A stretch of DNA of 64,000 nucleotides, from the NCBI RefSeq assembly GCF_902652985.1, contig NC_047016.1, forward strand, positions 24,180,001 to 24,244,000. Reading direction: 5' to 3'. A model generated the notes under the pieces. The model made no database searches. It was not told the origin of the DNA and saw only the letters and a program-made list of their open reading frames with translations. Below are positions 54,701 to 64,000 of this stretch, one piece after another (position 1 is the stretch's first letter; each line of letters begins with the position of its first letter). Both the position numbers and the translations under genes were made by a program. Source of the DNA: Pecten maximus. Taxonomy: Eukaryota.

Positions 54701-57700
54701 CGGTATACATTTAATACTAGCGTTGACCGGTATACATTAAACACTAGCGTTGACCGGTATACATTAAACACTAGCGTTGACCGGTATACATATAACACTA
54801 GCGTTGACCGGTATACATTTAATACTAGCGTTGACCGGTATACATTTAACATTACGGTTCCGGAATTTCAATTTCCGGAGTTATCGTCCCTTACTACACT
54901 TCATTCTTAAAAAATTGACATTTTTTGAAGGGAATTGTTAAAATCAATCAGATGCATAGGAGTTTTCAGATGCATATTGATACACCCTTTCCATTGATGC
55001 AAGAAAAAAACCATATTAATTAGGAATGCTTTTATTTCAGGTTCAGTTGGAGAAAGAGTTGGCATCAAATTGAAGAGGAAAGAGAACCTTCTACAGTACC
55101 AGGCCTTAAGGAGGAATGTTGCCAGTGACACTGTTATTAACATCCGGGATATCGTCATGGAAGAGGAGGAATCTGTGAAGCAGCCCAAATCATCAAAGGA
55201 AGCAGATACAGAAACACTCACCAAAGAAGTTTGTACATCCATTACTTTTGTAAAATGGAAAAAAAATACTGTCTTAACTTAATTAGATGGTGGTTCAAAT
55301 CCCGCTTCTTCCTTTGTCTGTCCATATTTAAACTTCTTTTCATCACTTTTTTCCTCAGGGGTACTCAATTGATCTATTTTTCAATTTCATATGCAGGATC
55401 TCCTGTTGTGGCCAGTTGTACATATTAAATCCTGAGACTGATAGGAAAAATAATATTGAGGACAGGCAGCCATCTTGGATATCAAAATAAATTGTTGTCT
55501 CCATTTGTCTAAACGTATTGGATAGATCTTTCCCTGATTCCATGACTGTGTAGATTTACCTTGTTCCCTAGTTAGTCAGGGCGATTTTATAGTGTGTAAG
55601 TAATTATTTGTCATCATACGGGTTGTTTCCTGTTGTTTTGTAGGAGGAGCAGTATATCTACACACCGACCAGCATTCCACCCTGTCGACAGATGTTTTAC
55701 CAGCTCTGTGACATCCGAGCTCCCAGGATACAACACATTATACACAAGAATGACGGAAAGGTAAACAATGTGCTATTGGCGAATTGGTATGCCCCCGGCA
55801 ATTGCAAGAGCGATTTATAAAAGTTGATATAACTTGTTTCACAATTGTTTTAAAATAAATTTAAAAGAAAATCTAATTTAGTGTTAGGATGATATCCATT
55901 GCAAGTACTGAATTAATCAGTTGACAGGCTCATCCAAAACTCAGTGTCATTTTCAGTGCAAAATACTGTAGACTGCAAAAAATAGTTTGTTTTAGTACTT
56001 TCAAATTGTTAAATATATATGTAGTTATCTCCCCTAGACCATAAACTTTAAGTCAGAATTGAATGATAGAAATACAAAGTTTGTCACAAGACCATAGGTA
56101 AATGAGGTAATTTGTTACTATTAATATCTTTTAAGTGCCATAAAGAGTTTCTTTGTTAGAGGAAACTTTTCCTGTGTACCAAACTTTCACAGTTTTTGCT
56201 CATTAGTAGATATCCATACAGCGAAAAACAACTGGCTTATGATTAAAATAATCTGTAAATATTCATTACTGGTCATGAAAGAATGTATCATTTTCAAAGT
56301 TGATACGTAAAAGTAAAACAGTGAGAAAAAGCATGTTTCCATATCCTGATAGTGATTATCCATATCCTGATAGTGATTATCCATATCCTGCTAGTGATTA
56401 TAGATATCCTGAATGTGATTATAGATATCCTGATATTGATTATAGATATCCTGATATTGATTATAGATATCTTGATTGTGATTATAGATATCATGATAGT
56501 GATTATACATATATCCTGATAGTGATTATAGATATCCTGATTCCCTTTTTGGAAGGAGAACAGATTTTGCATAAATGGTGATGAGGCTAGAGGGGCAGGG
56601 CCCGATAAGGGCTGCTCTGCAGATGAGAATTGTACCTGCAGCCCCCATCGCAACCTTCTTCTTTCTAATGTCTCTCTTGACACTGCCTCACATTTGGCCT
56701 TTAGTTGAGCGTTTGCCCCTGTGAGGAAGGCTTTGGGTTATGTCCCTTGGCAGAGGCATACCAGAGTCTATGAAAATGGTAGTTACTACTCCTGCTTAGA
56801 GCTCAGACTTATGGGAGTGTGAGAACTGATTCACCCATTGTCAGTATAATGTGACCGGGTGGGGTGTCCTGCTGTTTTTTTTTTTAGCAGTATGCTATCA
56901 GTGAGGTAGCACTTTTTAAGTCGGCATCAGTTCCGTACTATCACAAAAAGGACAAACACAAACATACCACATCCTTTCAAAACCCACACTTACACTAGGC
57001 CTCACGCATGCATCTCACACACAGAAGAGGCCGTCCTTAAATGACTTTAGCTGTTGTGGTATGTTGGACAACACTAAACCAATCAAACCGGATATAGAGG
57101 AAATAAAAGTAAGTCTTTTAAATCGCCACTAGTCATAAAGTACTGAATTGATTGGACCAAATTTGGTCAGAAGCTTCCTTTGTGAAAGAAGAAAAAAAAC
57201 ATGCATAAATGGTGACTATGCACCCCAATGGTCCAGAGGGGCGGGGTCCAATAGGGGAAATAGAAGTAAATCCATGAAATCACTATTTGTCATAATGGAC
57301 ATAATAGATTTGATCCATATTTGGTCGGAAGCACCCAGACTTGGGTGTAGTGGAACTATTTTGAAGAGTCTGACCCCCAGGGGCCTGAGGGGAGGAGCCA
57401 ATAGGGCAGATTTTGCTAATTATTCTAAATCACTGCAATATCCAGGTGAGCGAGACAGGTCCCCTTGTTTATATATATGCTTTGATTTGTAATTTTTACC
57501 TTAAGAGTTGACTATGATAACACTGTATCTATATTGTATGTAAAGGATTTCGTTTTCTACACCATTAGACTTAATACAAGTTTTTCTATAGTGTGACTAG
57601 ATTCTAATGTAATAAACAGTAAAGCCCAACTCCTGTCAGTACATCATTGGTGTCCTCACTGGCTCCCAGTACATCATTGGTGTCCTCACTGGCTCCCAGT

Positions 57701-60700
57701 ACATCATTGGTGTCCTCACTGGCTCCCAGTACATCATTGGTGTCCTCACTGGCTCCCAGTACATCATTGGTGTCCTCACTGGCTCCCAGTACAGCATTGG
57801 TGTCCTCACTGGCTCCCAGTACAGCATTGGTGTCCTCACTGGCTCCCAGTACAGCATTGGTGTCCTCACTGGCTCCAAGTACAGCAGTGGTGTCCTCACT
57901 GGCTCCCAGTACATCATTGGTGTCCTCACTGGCTCCCAGTACATCATTGGTGTCCTCACTAGCTCCCAGGATCAAACCATCATAAAAACTACAAATGTTG
58001 TAAATCATTTTCCCCTGTTTTGTTAACATTTACAATTCTGCGGTTTTATTCCAGTGATAGTGTCTGATGTCCAGACATAACATAAAGGTTTTATCAATCA
58101 TCTGTCTCCTTAATGCTCTTTAATGAATGGTTTTACATCAACATAAAGGTTTTATCAATTATCTGTCTCCTTAATGCTCTTTAATTAATGGTTTTACATA
58201 GACATGATTACAGTAATTTCACACTACATTAACACTATTATAAATAAAATAGTAAAATGATGTCTACTGTGGGAACACTTCTCACTCTGTATTATCACCT
58301 TGTTGACTTTATTTTGTCCGACTGGTTGTTGGATATTTCAAAGGATTTTTATATATTTTTTTTTCATTAAATCATACTATTTGTGATCTATGAATTTTCT
58401 TTGTGTCAGTATTTTGCTTTATTTTACTCCCTTTTTTCCCAATCTTAAACTTAAATCACATCTGTGACTAGACTGTAGTCATGTAAACGAATAACAAAAA
58501 ATTTACAGCCTAAGGGATTAAAAATGATATGATGTTTGTGGTAAACACTGTGTTTAAAAGTTTGTGTGAAGAATGTTATTCAAGAAATATGTTTGGGAGT
58601 GTACATGTGTGACCAAACAATATGAAATATTCACATTGATTTCTATGTATCATATACAGTATTAAAAAGTATAGTAAAGAAAACCAACGTGCCAAATTGT
58701 TAACAAATTTACTTTTGTAGGATGTAATTTAGATAGTTGTGTACAATCCAGTCACATGGCTGTTGGTTGTTATGAGATTGAGAAGTGGCAGTATCACAAG
58801 ATGATGACTTTGACAAAATATCGGTCAGAAATCAGTGAAGCAAGGACAGGCAGACATAAATTACGAGGAAAGGGAAAGTTTTTAATAGCAACCAACAGTA
58901 ACAATATGTACACTGTATTAGCATGATGGTTGCTATAAAATGAGAGGAGTATACTGGTCGGAATTTTTTTTTTCACATGACAAATTATGGGAAACACTGT
59001 AGACACTTTGTGAAAAATTAATATATATATATAAACACAAAGACTGTTAAAGTGCAAATATGCTTTCATCAGGTTTGCGTATCACAGTGCTGAATTCATT
59101 TATTTCATTTAAAACTTTTTTTTTATGTTTTAAGTGAATAATTTTAGATCTAAAATCTTTAGAATACTTAAGTTTTGTTCATGTTTAAATATTGCATTAG
59201 TTTTGATTGCACTAATTACAACATACCGTGCTGATGACATCATGATAGGTACCTTAATATTCATCAGTAGTCAGATCAGTAGATTGTTAAAATCTTATCG
59301 TTATAGTTATACACTGTAACCTGAGTACACCAGTATAGATATGCATGTATACACCATAAAATAGGATCTATCTTAAATCAATCTTCAAGTAAAATTACTC
59401 ACTAAAAATATTAATTTGATTGTAAACAAACACTAATTGTCGGACAAAAAAAAATTGTGATTTTTTTTCACATTTTACCATTTTGTGGACTTAATTGTTT
59501 TTGCACCAAAACTCATTTTAAAGTTTTGGGGGTAAGTCCAAAAAAATACACCTATCACCCTTCTAATTTGGTTATACATTCATTAAAAATCCAGGAGTGA
59601 TGCTGTGGCAAATCATGCAGAAAAAAATTGGCATTTTGGCATTTTGCTATTTAGTGGACTTACTTTTTTTGACACAAAAACTCACTTGAAAGATTTTGGG
59701 GGTTAGTTTTGAAAAGCTTGTAAGTCCACAACCTTCTTATTTGGTTTATACATCCATTAGAGGTCTAGGAGCGATATTATGTGACTTACAATTTCAAAAT
59801 GACATGCTTATACATAGATAAAAAATGAATGCATTGTGTGATTGATGCCGCCGGTGAGCTTTTGCAATCATTGATTGCACTTGTTTCCCTTATTTTAAAG
59901 CAGTTTATATGAAAATAGATAATGAATGGTTTGAAAAATCAAAAAAAAATTCGTGTCCTCATCTGTTTTTTACCTTATCAAATGATCAAAAAACAAATTA
60001 ACACTCTCCCTAATCTGTTTTTAGAAAAAACAGCCGGAGAACCAAGTACATAGTTGTAATTAATTTTCAGATTCACACAGACAACAAGCTTAGGCCAAAT
60101 CACTCTAGCACCAACAGATTCACACTGATAATTAATACTAAATTAAAAGAACAGCAATATTTTGACCTTGACAATAAGCCAATATTAATCGGGAAACATT
60201 TAGTTTAAAATATGTTAATTGTTGTGGTGACTTGATATGTTTATAGCAGGACATGTGTCGTGTTATACAGTAAGGATGTAATTTGAAAATATACCCGTAT
60301 GTATCAGGAACTAGGTTGTTGCATTTATTTTTGAGTATTCAGTAGTTTTTTGGCTGAATCATCAACATATTCCTGAATAGATATTTTAATGACATTCCAG
60401 GGTTGTAAACATTCATTTCATGGATGATAAATTTATGAGCTTGTTTACAAATATTTAGTCGCTGTACACATTTCACACGTGGAATTTTCTGTAAATGCTA
60501 CCTGTATGGTTTGAGTGTAGCTGCAACTCTATGTTCAGCAAGACAGAAATTTAATGTGGTTTCATTCAAACACAGTTTACTGGAAGATAATCAAAGGAAA
60601 TTCTGTCACATGTGATTACATCCTGGTATGGTGTGCCCAGCTCTTCATTACAGGGCCTGTGTATACTTAAATGGGATGTAAAGTTTCATCACTGAAAACC

Positions 60701-62941
60701 ACATATAGGTACCCTTTACAGTGAAATAGATACATATATGTATAGCCAAGCAGACCAGTGTCAACTTACGCATGAAAAACATCAGAATTCAACTGATAAA
60801 TAAAGTAGAAACCATGAAGACACCCAAAACCACACTCCAACTATAATCATATTTCAGATTAGCCTCCTACACACGGTCTCTATCTCCACCTCGACCTATT
60901 AGCTAACGTGATTGCACGGTATGAATTAGGCTTTGTATGGAGCTTGCCTTCATTATGATTTTTTATTTATACAGTGTACATGTGATTCATTTAAAGTATC
61001 TATACCGCACCTCAGAATTTGTTATCAAGATTTTGAGAGTTTTGTATCGGTATCAAGTTGGATTGTACGTAATATATTCTATTGTTATAAAATGTGATAT
61101 GCTGTTGACCTTCAGCGTGTCATTATAAAGCTGCTTATTGTATATTCATGTAGATTTCCATGTGTTAGTTGATCATAAGCATTGTATTGATTCAACACCT
61201 AAAATGTTATGGATTTTTTTTGTTACCAAACATTGAATAAGAAAATTCCTTGTTAGGCAATTTATCTACAAGATAGAGCTGATTGTCTGATCTTTCTATA
61301 CATAAACGGGGTTAAAATTTCTTATCACTTCAACTTTTTTTTTATTTTGAAAACTCAACATTCTGAAAACTGATACTTAGTTTCAATAGCTATGTCAGGC
61401 TCAGAATGACACGTGAAACTTAAATGTTATGCAGTGTAAAGAAAATAGTCCAGAGGTCTGCTATTGGTTACACTAGGCAGTAGCATTACTGAGCTTTAAA
61501 AGGTGTAGAGTTACATTGGGATACTTAAAAATTCAAAGCCTTAATTTGCATGTTTTTCAAATTTAAAAATTAAATACACCACATGCTCTACATAATTTTC
61601 TTTCCTGTTCTTAATGATATCTTCTCTCTTAAACATTAAAGATTATTGGCATAATAATGAAGCATTCCTTTAATTTCTGCTCACAAAAGGAAGGGGGTGG
61701 GAAGGGTGGGTCCATCTTCCTTCTCACAAAAGGGTGGAGTTGGGAAGGGATGGGTTCATCTCCCTGCTTACAAAAGAAAGGGGAAGGGAAAGGGGGGGGG
61801 GGGGCTCCACCTTCCTGCTCACAAAAGAGTGAGGGGGGTGGGGAGGACGAGTGGGTCCATCTTCTTGCTTACAAAAGGAGGGGGATGGAAAGGGGTGGGT
61901 CCATCTTCCTGCTTACAGAAGGGGGGGGGGGGGGGGGGAAGGGGGGGGGGTCCATCTTCCTGCTTACAGAAGGAGGGGGGGGGGGGGGGCGTCTTCCTGC
62001 TAAAAAAAGGGGATGGGAATGGGTGGGTCCATCTTCCTGCTAACAAAAAGAGGGGGGTGGAAAGGGGTAGGTCCATCTTCCTGCCTACAAAAGGAGGGGG
62101 TGAGAAGGGATAGATGATCTTACTGGTCACAAAAGAGTTAAGGTAAGAAGGAGTAGGTTAATCTTCCTGCTCACAAAAGGGTGGAGTTGGGATGGGATGA
62201 GTCCATCCTCCTTCTCACAAAAGGAGGGGGAAGTGGAGGGGTTGGTCTATCTTTCAGCTCACAAAAGGTGGAGTTGGGATGAGTTCATCTTCCGGCTCAC
62301 AAAAGGGTGGAGTGGGAAGGGACGGATTCATTTTCCTGCTCACAAAAGGGTGTGGAAAGGAAGGGATGAGTCCATCCTCCTTCTCACAAAAGGAGGAGAA
62401 AGTGGAGGGGTTGGTCTATCTTTCAGCTCACAAAAGGTGGAGTTGGGATGAGTTCATCTTCCGGCTCACAAAAGGGTGGAGTGGGAAGGGACGGATTCAT
62501 TTTCCTGCTCACAAAAGAAGGGGGAAGGGGAGGGTTGTGTCCACCTTCCTGGTCAAAAAAGGACGGGGTGGGAAGGGATGGGTTCATCTTCCTGCTCACA
62601 ACAGAGTAACGGTGGGAAGGGATGGGTTCATCTTCCTGCTCACAAAAGGAGGGGGAAGGGAAGGGGTGGATCCACCTTCCTGCTCACAAAAGGATGGGAA
62701 AGGTTGGGTCCATCTTCCTGCTTACAAATTAGAGTGGGGGTGGGAAGGGGTGGGTTCATCTTTGGCAAATGTTTTGACCACTTATATGTATATTTACAGG
62801 AAAAAACATGCACAGAAAAAGATGGATGGTGTGAGCCGATGGCAATCGACAAATGTCGAGACCTCATGTCATATTACACAATGAAGATATTGAGTAACGA
62901 AGAGGAACAGCAGGTTTCAATGGTAGACTACATAGCAAGGC
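42727..62941 (+). CDS. GTF3C5: General transcription factor IIIC subunit 5 (TFIIIC63/Tfc1/tau95), 3'-incomplete
   Basis: Exons 42727-42894, 44776-44974, 45260-45517, 47016-47149, 48163-48370, [51028-51215 or its duplicate 55041-55228], 55644-55760 and 62800-62941, GT-AG with consistent phases (~471 codons in window). Motifs VEHPAIVNNVDKALATLGG, LRWRPQDIYC, DYQYLP, FLPPSSFSRMDYP, LFEERPVWSR, YFLSGPWRCLWCKFGFDP, FQTVDFR, PPCRQMFYQLCDI and CTEKDGW. Confidence 0.93.
43270..44110 (-). mobile_element. Degraded Tc1-family (DD34E) transposase relic in GTF3C5 intron 1
   Basis: YRRRDERYFEACVTE..GGSVMVWTGIS and ARVCRDFL...VLDWPPYSLD..(frameshift)..QLDRRVR. Confidence 0.82.
46236..46785. repeat. Degenerate ~21-bp tandem repeat
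   Basis: Unit approximately aagttgatgaggtgagaagtt. Confidence 0.85.
47237..47410 (+). mobile_element. tRNA-derived SINE, CORE-like
   Basis: A-box-like taggtcagttggttagag, B-box-like ggttcgatgc, and CORE-like gtgttcttgggcaagacactttatcct. Confidence 0.6.
48462..48682 (-). mobile_element. Near full-length tRNA-derived V-domain SINE
   Basis: On the minus strand: A-box gtggctgagtggttaagg, B-box gagttcgaaacc, V-domain-like ggtttttctccgggtactccggtttcctccac, and an (aaaac)n-type tail. Three copies occur in the window. Confidence 0.82.
49190..49670 (-). mobile_element. Probable SINE/retroposon relic (Deu/Nin-like segment)
   Basis: Simple-repeat tail at ~49190 and the segment ggggatctttattgtgca...cacggacaccgttttaaatcccatccgacggact, which resembles invertebrate SINE central domains (from memory, not searched). 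Confidence 0.35.
50896..51504 (+). repeat. 609-bp direct duplication, copy 1 (contains GTF3C5 exon 6)
   Basis: Matches 54909-55517 at offset 4013. Only one substitution was seen (ggctagtt vs ggccagtt). Confidence 0.95.
52066..52253. mobile_element. Small MITE nested in the Helitron-like element
   Basis: Imperfect ~30-bp TIRs: cactggtaaccccaaaaacctttatttcct and aggaaattgaaggtttaggggttaccactg. Confidence 0.6.
53340..54853. repeat. 27-bp minisatellite in three blocks of alternating orientation
   Basis: Unit aacactagcgttgaccggtatacattt is forward at ~53340-53878, inverted at ~53880-54540 and forward again at ~54622-54853. Confidence 0.95.
54909..55517 (+). repeat. 609-bp direct duplication, copy 2 (contains second copy of GTF3C5 exon 6)
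   Basis: Matches 50896-51504. The ORF track shows identical peptides at 51057/55070 and 51218/55231. Confidence 0.95.
56335..56540. repeat. 21-bp tandem repeat
   Basis: Unit approximately gattatagatatcctgatagt. Confidence 0.88.
56690..57090 (+). mobile_element. tRNA-derived Meta-domain-like SINE
   Basis: Degenerate tRNA head, then aaaatggtagttactactcctgcttag...gtcagtataatgtgaccgggtgg. The tail gtccttaaatgac...ctgtt...aaaccaatcaaacc resembles the V-SINE tail. A related fragment lies at ~11870-11962 on the minus strand. Confidence 0.6.
57637..57969. repeat. 30-bp minisatellite x11
   Basis: Unit cagtacatcattggtgtcctcactggctcc. Confidence 0.95.
61675..62762. repeat. G-rich degenerate ~41-bp tandem repeat
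   Basis: Recurrent ccatcttcctgctcacaaaag + G-tracts + gggaaggg..gggt. Confidence 0.88.
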
Positions 62942-63838
62942 GTAAGTTTGTTTCATTTACGCAAGAATACACAATACAGTTTGTACTGTGAAACCTGTGG
63001 TATCAGAAACTTCAAGGATATGTAGGGCTTATATTGAATATATCAGATTATGTCAGAATATACAGGTTCTTACATGGAATATATATTGTGTTTTACAACA
63101 CAGGTTTTTTTTATAAACCGTTTCAGGATGTGTTGAAACACGCAGGTTTTTACTGTATATTTATGGTAGGAAAGATCAATTTCTTAATCAGCACAAGGAA
63201 GACATGCCATATAGAAGTAGATCAATATAATCAGTTAATCTGATTTTTTTTTCTTACAAGGAAAGATTGATTTTATCCAGTGTCCATTCTATCAAGTCAT
63301 GGGGAAAATCTTTTTGAGTATCCAATAAAAGAAAAGAAAAGCCCTGTGACTGGAATCATCATCTTAAACAGTGGAAACACACAACACAATTGTACCTATA
63401 GAGGCCAATCAGTTCCGCCTCTCAATATTGATGCAATGTTGCACCTCAATGGCTTTGAAGTCACCACAAAAACTTCACTTAAATTATGTTTCAAAATTGT
63501 CCAGGTTTCATCATGTAGTTGTAGCATTACACAGCCAGTGACCGTGTAATACATATCAAATCAACATTCAGGCGAAAGTATTCATACCTAAACCAGTTAG
63601 ACAAGTACCATATACGGAAGCCTCTCATGAGTCATTACATATTCCATTTCAACAAATTATGCATAAATCCTTAGTCATCTAGTATACTATATCCTGCCTG
63701 TATGTTCTATCAGCGGTATTATCTGTTGATAGGAGAGGATCCTATCAGGAGAAAATTGAAGTAAAAAAAAAAATGTTTACTGAACAAATTCATTTTTTCC
63801 CCAAGTCTTTATGAGCTTGACCTTGTTGTACTTGATGA

Positions 63839-63974
63839 TTTAAATATCACTGTCAGGGAGCTACTACTGGAGAATCCCGATTTAGATATCACTGTCAGGG
63901 AGCTACTACTGGAGAATCCCGAGTAGTTTAAATATCACTGTCAGGGAGCTACTACTGGAGAATCCCGAGTAGTT
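63839..63974. repeat. 42-46-bp tandem repeat x3
   Basis: atatcactgtcagggagctactactggagaatcccga at 63844, 63886 and 63932. Confidence 0.9.
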
Positions 63975-64000
63975 TGCAGGAAGAATGTCGAAGAATGATT

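Larger units (their letters stand above)
51505..54908 (-). mobile_element. Non-autonomous Helitron/Helentron-like composite element (3.4 kb)
   Basis: The minus-strand 3' end is a hairpin GTGACAC-8nt-GTGTCAC (51513-51534) followed by CTAG|T. Asymmetric inverted repeats are at 51538-51568 and 54878-54908 (29/31), with a third copy at 53112-53142. It has internal tandem repeats and no Rep/helicase ORF. Confidence 0.72.

Noticed and set aside
53185-54910. Repetitive ORFs (VLNVYRST.., LTGIHLTL..) on both strands
   Set aside because: They are artefacts of the stop-free 27-bp unit and are not a Helitron Rep/helicase.
57604-58029. GASEDTNDVL repeat ORF, and the G-rich ORFs at 61657-62884
   Set aside because: They are tandem-repeat translations inside a GTF3C5 intron, with no splice or motif support.

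Overview
AT-rich, intron-containing eukaryotic DNA. It is probably a bivalve mollusc, inferred from the V-, Meta- and CORE-type SINEs and Helentron-type repeats. Five spliced genes could be built by hand with GT-AG boundaries and consistent phases. They are two tandem MGST1 (MAPEG) paralogues on the minus strand, a 706-aa Mab-21/cGAS-like (cGLR) gene on the plus strand, a 10-exon RPAP2 on the minus strand, and, head-to-head with it, GTF3C5 (TFIIIC63), which continues past the window end. Introns and intergenic DNA hold LINE, mariner and Tc1 relics, SINEs and about a dozen unrelated minisatellites. Two observations stand out. (1) A 3.4-kb non-coding Helitron/Helentron-like element in GTF3C5 is flanked by a 609-bp near-perfect direct duplication that copies an entire 188-nt coding exon with both splice sites, and it carries a fold-back 27-bp minisatellite. 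(2) The cGLR appears to have lost all three catalytic acidic residues and carries a long disordered tail, suggesting a pseudo-enzyme. Smaller oddities are a triplicated splice donor, a ~144-bp palindrome and an in-frame TISU-type uORF in RPAP2. All calls come from reading the sequence; no database searches were run.
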